Assembly: GCA_030248215.1 (NCBI GenBank) | Contig: JASANG010002067.1 | Location: forward strand, 310,001-374,000 | Length of the DNA stretch: 64,000 bases | Reading direction: 5' to 3' | Origin: Enoplolaimus lenunculus | Lineage: Eukaryota | Shown: in pieces, positions 15,097-26,030 of the stretch | Position numbering within the stretch: the stretch's first letter is position 1 | Layout of the letters: each line of letters begins with the position of its first letter | Translations under genes and position numbers: made by a program | Notes under the pieces: model-generated | Seen by the model: the letters and a program-made list of their open reading frames with translations, nothing else | Told to the model about the DNA's origin: nothing | Databases searched by the model: none

Positions 15097-15557
15097 CTGT
15101 AGTGACCCGAATAAAAGGGGGTAATAAGAGGGGTCCCCATTTTTAGTCGCAATGAATACGAGTTCGTATCCCTAATAAGAGTCAGTAAACGGATAGTCCC
15201 TAAACATTAATTAATCCATAAATGTCAATTATCCCTAATTGTAGCCAGGATGCAACCAAAATTACAATGTACCGGAACCAGAATTTGAAGAAATACGAGA
15301 AACAGAACCGGAAAATAAAAAATAAGTCACCCAAAAATTTATTTTAATTCTTTTTCGCAATATTATTGGTGAAATAATTCTCAGTTGGAGTTAGGTACTA
15401 ATTTAAGCTGTTGATTTTAGATTTCTATTATTCCCGGAAGCGAAATGACGGCAAGGGGCGGGTTAAAAATAAATAACAGTCTGTAACAGAATAACAACGG
15501 GGTACCCTCTGGAGAGGCCAAATAAATATCAGCCCCCTCTTATTCGAGTCACTGCAG
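15097..15557 (+). mobile_element. MITE family A copy (with rearranged interior)
   Basis: TA|CTGTAGTGACCCGAATAA ... TTATTCGAGTCACTGCAG|TA. Confidence 0.8.
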
Positions 15558-15599
15558 TACTTAAGCTATAGTTAAGTAATTATTTAAGTTGACGACTTA

Positions 15600-15998
15600 C
15601 GGTAGTGACCCGAATAAGAAGGGGGGTCCCCATTTTGGGTCCGAATCAATAGGAGTCCGCATCCTAATAAGAGTCCCTAAACCCTGATTAGAGTCCATAA
15701 ATGTCAATTAACCATAAAAATTACTCCAGGACCAAATAATTTGAGTTCGAAACTGTAAAGCGGTGTTAAATTTTGAAAGTACATTCCAAAGTATATCCTT
15801 GAATTATCGCTCAAGCTATTGAAACAAGACAAATAAACGTTTAATTCAACGGATAATCGCACTACCAGATATATATCAGTAACGAAGGGCAGCGGAGCGT
15901 GGATTAAAAAGAAATAAAAGGTAACCGAATAAAATCCGGGGTCCCCTCTGGAAAGGCCAAATAATTATCAGCCTCCCTTCTTATTCGTGTCAATACAG
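15600..15998 (+). mobile_element. MITE family A copy
   Basis: TA|CGGTAGTGACCCGAATAAG ... CTTATTCGTGTCAATACAG|TA. Confidence 0.8.
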
Positions 15999-17082
15999 TA
16001 GGTCAATACTTAAATTTCGAGCAAAATCAAATAAACGCCAAATGTCAGCCATTGTCATAACACGGAATTAATGTTTCGCTTTATATTAAACCGACTCCAT
16101 GAGTCTACAATTTCGATTAAAACAAGATTAATATGCCTCAAAGCCAACGGTTACTTTGTAATATATCAAATTTAGTCAGCGATTTAAGTATCTACTTAAC
16201 TTAAGTAGACTTTTAAAAACATCAAAATCTTTAAGTAATTACTTAGCAGATATTTAAGTACTAGCTCGTACTTAGGTAGAGTTTCGGAAACCCAGCAAGT
16301 GTCTCACAATTTTTCATTTACAGATATGTTGCAATTGTTCAATACGAAGTAAATAACTACTAAAATTATCTAAAATCTTAAAAATTTCGGTGTGCTTCTT
16401 ATTTTACTTTAAACTTTTGCAAAACGCGGTGAATAATGGCATTCGCAATCGCGGTAGCACAAAAATAAAACATCTTTGAAACTTTCATAGTTTTATACCC
16501 GTTTTCATTTTTTGAAATTTTTAAGGTCGTGAACCACCGACCTGCAGCTATAACCAGAAGCCCACTTACGGTTCAGGCTGAAAAGTGATGTCCGGTCAGC
16601 TACAATTTTTGCCGAGGTTCCTGCAAATTTGGTAATGATTTTTTGCGTTTTCTGTAGAAAAGTCGTTTAGTTCAAGACACATATATTGTATTCAGTGTAA
16701 GAAAGCGCAAAACGCGATTTGGAGATTAATGGAACAGAATTGAACTATGATAGTGAAAAATACCGGATTTGCTAGCTCTAAGCTCTATACATTATACAAC
16801 AAAACAAATTTGCAGCGATGTGTAGCTGGATCTTAATTGTTGCACGCGGCTTCGTACAAGGTATCAACTACTTGCAAAATAACATTTTTATTACGAAAAG
16901 GTATTGTTCGCAGAAGCGGAAGGCGTAGCCAGAGGAATTACAGGTCAACTACCTTTAGGAAATTTTCAAGGAGTTTTTAGGAACGTGTTAAGTTGGCAAA
17001 ACTAGACACTATCCGCCCCTCCCAATATGTCTATCGAGCGTAATATCCTTTCCGAAATGCTATTGGCACCGCTGTACCAGCG

Positions 17083-20000
17083 TTACAACAACATGACACA
17101 ATCATCACCTGATCCACCCGAACATATACTTGAACAGCGGTCTGTTAAACGTAAAGCAACAAGACGTTGAACTCTATTCAGTACCGGCCACATCATCGAT
17201 AATGTCTCAGTAATATTGTTTGCACAATTAAGTGTCATGTTGTTGGAAGCGATCACTGATGTGCAAAATGAGTGCAAATACGACTGCAACTCAAAGCAAC
17301 GAATGTTTGATTCCGGAATGCGATCAGACTGGTTATTACACGTATCAAAATCAGAGTATCGCGCCAGAAGTCGCGAGTGTTCAGACTTAAACAAGAAATA
17401 CCCAAGATTACTCACAAAGCACAGCACTGCTAGGGCCCCTGTTACTTTCAGGGGCGTCCAGGTTTCTGGTGGGTCTGTAAAAGAGTACGTTTAGTCTCTG
17501 GAGTACACTTTTTGCTTAGGCTTCGGCTTAGGAACACACTTTTGCAATGCTTAGGCTTACGAATACGCGTAATCTACTGTTACGCGCCCAAAAGTAACAT
17601 TTTCCGCTGCTAGATTAACCTTTTCGAACACAAACACGCAACAGATTTCTAAACCTAAATTTTAAGCTCCAGCGCACTACGCAGACATAATATTTGACAC
17701 TGCTGCAATTTAGTAACTATCTTAGTCGGGAAAACTTTCTTGCAGAGTTTTACTTTGAATAGAGCAAAAAATTGACCTACTTTAAATTAGGTTGAATAGC
17801 GTCTAATAATTTTTTAAAATATATTTTGACTAGTTAACACAACAAAACCACGTATGTCAGTTTTCAATAACACGATGTTCCTGAGTTTTCAACATTTTCT
17901 GGGCAGTTTTTGAGCGAAGCGAAACTCCGAGCGAAGCTCGTGGTTTCGCGAAGCGTTTCATGTTTTGTACTCTGGGGCCGAAATGTGGATGTCCGTCCGT
18001 CCGAAAAGAATCTCATGAACGGCTGGACTGATTTTTGATAAACATTTTTGTTTGAAAGCCAATTATCCTGGGGCGTTCACCTCGCATTGGGGTTTTAACA
18101 TTTTAAGCCGCTGATTAGCTAGCTATAGGCTAATTTGCATAATTAATTAAGCCTAAATTAAGACTTTCTACATTATTTCACTGATTCTTACAGTTACAAG
18201 CAATCTAAATTCAGCATTAAAGGGTTTTTGGGTGCGCGGAATCTGCATAGACTGTTTACAAACCTCCAAAACCGATAATTGAGTAGTTAGCTAATAGATA
18301 ATTTGCCTATTAGCATAATTCATAAGCCTAAACCAGTCGTAGTGGGACTACATTTATTGAGCGAAGCTCAAACACACGTAAGCAATTAAGGTAATATGCA
18401 AATTAGTTATTAGCTAACTATTCATTTATCGGTTTTGGAGGTTTGTAAGCAATTTTCTCAGATTCCTCGCACCCAAAAACCCTTCGCCACCCAAATAATT
18501 ATTGGAATAATTCAAAAAGTCCTAATTTTGTCTCGTCAATTAAGCAAATATGCAAATTATGTATTAGCTAACTATTCGACAATTGCTTTTAAAGGTCTTC
18601 AAACAATTTATTCAGATTCCTCGCACCCAAAAACCCATTATTGCTGAAATTAGATTGCTTGTAACCCTAATAATTAGTGAAACATTGTAAAAACGCCTAA
18701 TTTAGGCTTATCAATTATACTTATATGCAAATTATCTATTAGCTAACTTATCAATTATCGGTTTTTCGGTTTTACGACGTTTGTAAACAATTTATTCAGA
18801 TTCCTCGCACCAAAACCTTCAGTAAACCCTATTTATTGAAATAATTCAAAAAGTCCTTGTTTTGTCTTGTCGATTAAGCCAATATGTAAATGAACTATTA
18901 GCTAACTATTCAATTATCGGTTTGGGATGCTTGTAAACAATTTATTCAAATTCTTCGCACCTAAAAACCCTTTATTGCTGAAATGATATTGCTTTTAACC
19001 TTAATAATTAGTGAAATATTGTAAGAAGTCCTAATTTAGGCTTACAAACTATGCTAATATGCAAATTATCCATTAGCTAACAACACAATTATCAGTTTTG
19101 GAGGTATGTAAACAGTTTACGGAGATTTCTCGCACCCAAAAACCCGTTAATGCTAAAATTAGATTGCTTCTAACTGAAATAATTACTGAAATATTGTGGA
19201 AAGTCCTAATTTAGGCTTAATTAATTATGCAAATTAGCCTGTAGCTAATAAACGGCTTAAAATTTTAAAACCCCAATGCGAGGTTAACACTCTAGAATAA
19301 TTGGCTTTTAAACAAAAAAAGTTTATGAAAATCGGTTCAGCCGTTCCTGAGATTCTTTTCGGACGGACGGACATCCACCTTTCGACCCCCAAGTACAAAA
19401 CATAAAACGCTTCGCGAAACTCCGAGCTTCGCTCGGAGTTTCGCTTCGCTCAATCAGGACTTTTTACAATATATCACTAATTATTAAGGATAAAAGCAAT
19501 ATAATTTCAGCACTAAAGGGTTTTTAGGTGCAAGGAACTTGAATAAATTGTGTACAAACCTCCAAAACAGATAATTGAATAGTTAGCCAATTGCAAATTT
19601 GCATATTAGCTTAATTGACAAGACAAAATTAGGGCTTTTTAAAATATTTCAATAATTATTAGGGTTTACTGAAGGTTTTTGGGTGCGAGGAATCTGAATA
19701 AATTGGTTACAAACCTGCAAAACAGATAATTGAATAGTTTGCTAATAGCAAATTTGCATATAAGCATAATTGATAAGCCTAAATAAGACGTTTTTTGCAA
19801 TATTTCACTATTAGGATTACAAACAAGCAATTTAATTTCAGCAATAATAGGTTTTTGGGCGCGAGGAATCTGAATGAATTGTCTACAAACCTTCAGAACC
19901 AATTATCGAATTGTTAGCTAATAGCTCATTTGCATATTTGCTTAATTGATAAGCCTAAATAATGGCTTTTTAAATTATTTCTCAAATTATTAGGGTTACT

Positions 20001-21049
20001 GCAGGGTTTTTAAGTGCGAGGAATCTGAATAAATTGTTTACAAACCTCCAAAACCAATAAATGAATAGTAAGCTAATAACTAGTTTGCATATTAGCTTAA
20101 CTGCTTACTTGTGTTCGAGCTTCGCTCAATACATGTAGTCTCACGATGACCGATGATGAATAGTTTTAATTCAGCAAGCTACATGTAGAGGTTATCTTAC
20201 CTTCATTTGCTTGCCAATATGCCGCAACATAAGCAGTAACAGCACGGTTAATACTTCAACGTCTTGTTCAACTTGCGCAACGTAATGATTTGATTTTTCC
20301 TTCGAATCTTGATTTGTAGATTTGGTGTTGCTCCCGTGATTTATTAACTGCTCAACCAAGCTTAGCGCAAGCGGATACTTCCCTGTTTCCACGGCAATCG
20401 TAATCATCCAACGCATTGCGGCGTAACGTCCAACATCTATGTCACGTAATAGTCTGTTTGCGCGTTCGAACATACTATAAGCATCATCCATGAGCGGATC
20501 AGACTTGCAGCAATCACCGGTCGCATACTCATGGGACAAAAAATATAACAGCGTGCCAAATTCAAGACAAAATTCACCAGCCAGTCCTGGCTCGTTATGT
20601 TCAAGATGCACGCGAATAGCATGACCATAACAATGTGCAGCACATGTTGCGTGTTCGCCAAGAGATCGCAAACCAAGCAGATTGGACTCGTCTCGCTGTG
20701 CTGCTATAAAGCATCGGCCGGCCTCTCGCAATCCACTGGCTTCACCGCAAATATTGCCCAAGCTGTGCTCGCAGCGTGCTACTGCAAGCTGACAAAAACC
20801 AGCATAATGATAGCATCCAGTGCCTCCAAATGGGTCGGATAAACTTCGAGTACCCGGACGCGGCGCTAGTTTGCTTGCCAGTGCATTAAACGCTCGACTT
20901 GCTTCTGCTAGATTTGGCTTGCGTAAAAAGCGCTTTTTCAGACGACATGAAATTGTTTTGTACTCTTGCCATGGATCAATAAACGACGAGTCACTACCTC
21001 CGACACAACCACTAGGATCCGGTGAATGTAAAAAATCGTCGAAATTCAT
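17083..21049 (-). CDS. F8A1: HAP40 / Factor VIII intron 22 protein (huntingtin-associated protein 40) homolog, 2 exons: 21049-20201, 17385-17083 (~383 aa)
   Basis: Family-diagnostic N-terminal LKKRFLRKPNLAEAS and YAGFCQLAVARCEHSLGN; C-terminal EHSRLLARYS and MWPVLNRVQR match the HAP40 C-terminus; phase-0 GTAAG..TTTAAG intron. Confidence 0.9.
17434..17605 (+). mobile_element. Merlin-like TTAGGC-bearing MITE in the HAP40 intron
   Basis: Same family as 7302-7454; 8-bp TSD ACTGCTAG/GCTGCTAG. Confidence 0.7.
17910..20153 (+). mobile_element. Helentron-associated non-autonomous element (HINE / DINE-1-like), interrupted by a second copy
   Basis: 5' subTIR TTGAGCGAAG, (GTCC)n microsatellite, ~160-bp internal tandem repeats, 3' subTIR CTTCGCTCAAT followed by a degenerate GTAGT..ACTAC hairpin. 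Confidence 0.8.
18331..19454 (-). mobile_element. HINE / DINE-1-like copy nested in opposite orientation inside 17910-20153
   Basis: Complete element with both subTIRs and a perfect GTAGT-CCC-ACTAC hairpin; splits the host repeat motif taagcctaaa|tcaggac with no TSD. Confidence 0.85.
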
Positions 21050-21237
21050 ATTATAGGTTCAACCTGAATTCTGGAACAATTTTCACAAAGTAGATTTTCC
21101 GAAACTTTAGCGCCTGTTTACAAACTCGATTTTCCAATGTTTCACAGAGATAATATTTTCAAGCAATGTGTTTAACGTATTATATACAGTGTTAGCTCGT
21201 TTTTCGTTTTAAATTTTTTCAACGTATTTTTATTGTA

Positions 21238-23191
21238 TTAAGTGTTGTTCACAATTTTAAGACACGACGTATAATATTCTTGCTCGAGCTCAAGCAAGTC
21301 ACTCGCTAAATCATCACGAATAGACTGAAGGTTTGCAGTGGTTTGCGCGATAGTCGAGTAACATTCAGCATCAGTATCCGCAATGGTGTTGTTGACAAAC
21401 GCAAAGTCGTTGAGACAAGAAAACTGTTTTAAATCAGCGACAAGTTTTAGCAAAGCTTCACCAGCACGAGCCTATAAATAGTCAGCCAACCCTACAACCC
21501 TGGCTTCTCCACAGCGGGGGGTAGCACTTTTCGAAATTTTCATTTTCCCCCCGGCGAAAATTTTGCCGCCCCCAGGAAAGGCCCCCCGGCGAATTTTCGG
21601 CCGCCCCCCAGCAAATTTTTTTGCTGGGGGCCCCCAGGACTTTTCTAGGTCAAAAATTTTCAATGTTAAAACGTAAAGACCTGGACTTCTTTTGCGGCGG
21701 ACATTCGGCAAAATATGATTTTATATTACGCTGAGTACTCATAATTTTTAATAGCGTTACAAATACCCGTAGTAACTAATTCAATTCAATAATGAACTGA
21801 AAAAGCACAATTATATAAAGACCGTTTCAGGGCATACAGCATTCGAAAGTACCTTGCAGCAGCAAGTTCAACCCGTCTGAGCCTTATGATAAATTGAAGC
21901 TGTGACTAATATACAAAATATTACGTAATCACAGTTTCAATTATAGATTATCTATATTTTATATAATTGTGCTTCTTTCAACTTCTGGTTAAGTTGTCAG
22001 TATATACGTACGTAATATTAGTTAAAATTATTGTTATTAGCGTTTGCGAGAAATTTTTGTCATGTTGACCGATGAGTAATCTTACGTTGAGTTGGAAACA
22101 CGGTCTAGAATGAAAAAATGGTCCAACAAGTCGGTTTGCAAAATTTTAAGCCTGCCCCCCCAGCAAAATCAGCTGCCCCCCAGGAAACTCCTGACCCCCC
22201 CCCCGAGGAAACGCCCCCCGGCGGAAATTTTCAAGCTGTGGAGAAGCCAGCAACCGCCAAATGTTTATATATGTAGTACTGTATACACAGAAGCCGTAAT
22301 TCATGCAAATAACAAAGGTATAAGTTAAGTATAGTGTAAATATAATTCTAAGGTTCTTTAAGAGGCAGGAAAACGTTATAACGCAACAGCTGCAGCGGCA
22401 ACACGCTGGACGGATAATCTCTCCACCGCCATATTTTGTGATATAAAAGCATCTAAGACAGAAACTCATTTTCTGCTGCAAAAAAATAAAAATTGCCGTA
22501 CCATAGCTTAACCAAATTTTACACAAAAATGTGTAATGATTATGACTGCATTAAGTTTGAAACTCTGTTCTTTAAGCCTTACCTACAACAGACCGATACT
22601 CACCATATTAGCAGCTCTAACTGCAAGCTCATTGTGACTTTGTTCTAAAAACGTTGTTCGGCTAACGTTGCTAAATCGAGGATGTGTATCATCAGAACGA
22701 CTAATATCCTCAAGCTAAAACAAAACGTATATTTAAGTCATAAAGCACATATCAAATCGCGACAATTTTCTTGTGCCATAGAATCTTGCTAAGCATACTA
22801 ACAGAATCTCCGGCATATGACGCTGTTATTTTCTGAGCACCTCAAGCTAAAACAAAATATAAATTTTAGCGATATAGCACATGTGAAATAGCTACAATTT
22901 TTTGTGTCATAGAATCTTGCTAAGCATACAAACAGAATCTCCGGCATATGACGCTATTATTTTCTGACCATTCTCGCACAATAATTGCCACATATAGAAA
23001 GTTATAAAAACCAAAAATCATCTTCTCAAAGAAGCTATTATTACCTTTGCTTGTTTTACAACAGCAAGAAAATTTTCACGGAGCGAGCGCGTGTTTTCGC
23101 GCAAACGGTGTCGATAGTCTTTCAAAATAATATCAGCTGGAACAGCTTGTTTTTGTAATTGTTTTCGACCAGTTTCTGAGGCGCTACTCAT
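21238..23191 (-). CDS. MED22: Mediator subunit 22 (Surfeit-5), 3 exons: 23191-23045, 22714-22604, 21471-21238 (~163 aa)
   Basis: LKDYRHRLRENTRSLRENF, AVRAANM|ARAGEALLKLVADLKQF..LNDF and DLLELEQEYYTS match Med22; both introns are phase-0 GT-AG. Confidence 0.93.
21500..22250. mobile_element. Non-autonomous TIR element with 5-bp TSD in Med22 intron 2
   Basis: Perfect 16-bp TIR CTGGCTTCTCCACAGC / GCTGTGGAGAAGCCAG; TSD CAACC on both sides; subterminal CCCCCCGGCGAAATTTT repeats. Confidence 0.85.
22709..22968. repeat. ~132-bp tandem duplication spanning the Med22 exon-2 splice acceptor
   Basis: ctcaagctaaaacaaaa...tagaatcttgctaagcatac...ccggcatatgacgct occurs twice; acceptor AG at 22715-16 and again at 22847-48. 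Confidence 0.85.
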
Positions 23192-23519
23192 TCCACAGAA
23201 CAATTTCAAATTGGTGGCAGATAGAAAAACATAACAATTAACATTAAATACAATATATACGTTCCTGAAATTTAATCAATTGTTACAAGGCGGAGAACAA
23301 AACAATCTTATCTAAAGTTTTATTTTGGTCCGTTAAGTGTTTTCTTCTACTGGAATAACTTCAAACACACAACTACAGTTCTGACTTCAAGTTTATTCAT
23401 TTACGTTAATCAACTGGTTTGTTCAGTACCGTCCTATGTGTAGCAGATTCAGTACTTTTAATGCGGTACCTGTGTGTTAGTCCCACCCACTAAGAAAAAT
23501 GTATATTTCTGTGTTACAA

Positions 23520-23648
23520 TGTGATAAATTGGGTAGGCTCGGGTACGACAATGTATAGTTTTTAGTTCTTGCAGCTGAAAACGAGACGCGTTGTTTCGTA
23601 AAAGGATCTGAACCCATCACTGACAGATTCTCAGTCCAGCGCGCGCTA
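23520..23648 (-). mobile_element. 5'-truncated tRNA-headed LTR/SINE-like unit (related to 26966-27110)
   Basis: Minus strand reads CTGGACTGAGAATCTGT...GGGTTCAGATCC, then a tail shared with 26966-27040 ending AGCCTACCCAATTTATCACA. Confidence 0.55.
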
Positions 23649-23776
23649 AGGATGGGTAAGACATCACTAATATTCGACCTTAGCACAGCTTATCAAACTA
23701 AAAACAGTGAGATATGTTACGCCTTTCGGTCGTACTTAAAAAGTTACTTAATCATTGTAAGTAAACGCTTAACGGT

Positions 23777-25539
23777 GTACGATATACGGTAGAAGTCGTG
23801 GCAAAGCCACCGATAGCTGGTGTACTTAGATGACGACGTTAAGGTGACGACGACGCAGCAGTTAATTGTGCTAGTGGGACTGCAGCGAAACAATAGTCGG
23901 TTTCCGTCGGAAAGGACGATGATTTAAAAGCGGAGGTTAAAGCTCCCAAATACGAGAGGTTGGCTGAGTTGATAAAACGAATGAGTCAAATGTTACCACA
24001 ACGAATACAACAATGGAGTCTGATATTATCGGCTAGGTAGTGCAATATTGCCGTCGTCTCATGAATTATAACGTAGGGATGCCGTATCGACGGGTCCACC
24101 AGCGAAAGTGACGATGTCGACATCAAAGACGTGGTTGCGCTTAAGTTGTTGTTAGAAGACGCAAAGATCAAATTATGCTCAAGCGTGTGATGTATCGATG
24201 GCAAAAGATCCACGCCAAATTACAGTTACATTAACAGGCGCGTCGATTTTGACCGCAGCGCCGTCGTGGGAAAAATCGGTACCTTTGGGCGCAAAGTGTC
24301 CGCCTGTCTTGATAACGGCGGAGGCGTTGAAGCTAGCGTTAAGATAAACGGAGAAGCGCAAGGTAGAAAAGTTCAAACATAGTATGGCGCAACAGGCATC
24401 TGTGGTGCAGCAGCCTCCGTTATCTCTATTATCGGAAGGAAGTAGTCTCGGAGAAATTGGCACAGATAAAGGAACAGATGCGTGCGATGGAGAAACGGCA
24501 ACAAAGAATAACCGATGGTTATGTGGAAATATGAGAAGATCTGATTCGTATTACGTCGGTGGTACTGGATTTGTCGCAGGAATCGTCTGAGAAAATCGCA
24601 ATTGTTGACCAAGGTGTAGAAGTAGAAACCATCGAAGCAACGGACGCGCAAAAGGCGGAAGGTACTATGACGATCTGCTTCCAAGTCACGGCGGCGAACG
24701 CCACGTCGAATTGTCGGTGCCAGAAGGGAGTGACAGCCAAGCAAGGAAGCGGCGACGTATCGATTCGCTTGCTAGATGTCAAAGTAAATCGAGAAATCCG
24801 ATGTCAGGACGGAATCGCAAGCAGGACTGGGTGGTCTCGGTTAAAAACCTAAACCAGACAGAGACCTGAAAACCGAGACATGCCAAGAAAAGTCTCGGTA
24901 TCGGTTAATTTTTGGTCACCGAAAAAATTAAAATTTTTAAGATAAACTACATCTAATGCTTTTTTCCGCACTGTCACGCGAAGACGAGTGTACCGCAGAA
25001 GCCGGACGCGTTGGAGTACGGACGAGAGATAAATCTGTTCGACAATTCGGGCAATTGGCAGTTCGAAGTAAATCGGGAACGGAATCGCGTGCGTTTTCGT
25101 GACCAAAGGGTGCATATGATGAACTAGCTTCGAAATGAACCGGATGGATACAAGCTGCAAGAACGAGAAGAAACTATTGCGGACCGTGGAAGCTTTTGGC
25201 ACTGTGATACTCGTCCGGAGCGCAAAGCTATCGAAAGGTTGCAAGTAAAGTATGCGGAAGACGTTGAAGAAATGGATAGAGGGCGGAAGGCCCATGATCC
25301 GGAAAATTCGAGGAGAAGAGTCGGCTGAGCAAGAAGGCGGAAGCGCCATCTTCAATCGGAGGACAAGGATGTATCGCGACGAGAAGAAACAAGACGTCAT
25401 GATGTTGATGTCGAAGGGAACGTTTACCGTGAGGGTACAAGCGTCGCTAGCACGTGTAGCATGACACAGAAGGAAGTACGCGAATGTTATCAGGTACGCG
25501 ATGCAACTCCACATCAACGACGACCAGAAAAGCGATATG
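23777..25539 (+). pseudogene. GC-richer segment, possibly a heavily decayed Ty3/Gypsy internal region
   Basis: 23981-24040 translates MSQMLPQRIQQWSLILSAR*, resembling the RIQRWAL.LS.Y motif after Gypsy RNase H. No long ORF; boundaries approximate. Confidence 0.35.
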
Positions 25540-25598
25540 TGTCAGTCTAGGTAGGAACCAAGGGACATCAGACCTTTTAACTAAGCAGCTGGAAAAGC

Positions 25599-25670
25599 GG
25601 GCTAGAGCGGGGATCGAACTCTCAGCCTATGGATCCTTAAGCGAGCACTCTACCACTGCGCTACGTAGCC
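25599..25670 (-). ncRNA. tRNA-like (probably tRNA-Pro-derived) Pol III unit inside an LTR; not a canonical tRNA
   Basis: 72 nt GGCTACG-TAGCGCAGTGGTAGAGT-G-CTCGCTTAAGGATCCAT-AGGCT-GAGAGTTCGATCCCCGC-TCTAGCC-C, then TTTT. A and B boxes are intact; anticodon and T stems pair poorly. Confidence 0.7.
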
Positions 25671-25958
25671 CGCCTGTCCAACTGCATTTTTCGTCGACTA
25701 TATTTGTCGACCGTATGCTGCCAGCTAGCATACATACAGTGCACTGCAGTATATTGCATGTGCACATAACGGACAAGCATGTCTCATGCTTACATGCCCT
25801 TATTTTCAACAAGGTCGTCCCTTGACCGTCCATCCTATTTTCGACTGGATAGCGTGCTCATAGCGCGGCAACTTGCCATTGCGCTCACTGCGTAGCCCCC
25901 ATGTCAGTCAAGGTAGGAACCGGGACATCAGACCTTTTTACTAAGCAGCTGGAAAAGC

Positions 25959-26030
25959 GGGCTAACGCAGGGATCGAACTCCCAGCCTATGGATCCTTAA
26001 GCGAACACTCTACCACTGCGCCACGTAGCC
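25959..26030 (-). ncRNA. tRNA-like (probably tRNA-Pro-derived) Pol III unit inside an LTR; not a canonical tRNA
   Basis: 72 nt with A box TGGCGCAGTGG, B box AGTTCGATCC, discriminator C and TTTT terminator 2 nt downstream. Confidence 0.7.

Noticed and set aside
18400..20100. Regularly spaced repeats resembling a CRISPR array
   Set aside because: The ~160-bp units are similar along their whole length (no unique spacers), lie inside a Helentron-type element, and the context is eukaryotic with no cas genes.
24849..25517. 222-aa ORF with hydrophobic N-terminus
   Set aside because: No recognisable domain or splice structure; it lies antisense in a probable decayed retroelement and runs into a dispersed repeat. 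Not excluded without expression data.
25599..26030. Two functional tRNA-Leu(AAG)/Pro genes
   Set aside because: The anticodon stem (CTCGC/TCCAT) and T stem do not pair, and the units sit in direct repeats with a PBS. They are treated as tRNA-like, not decoding tRNAs.
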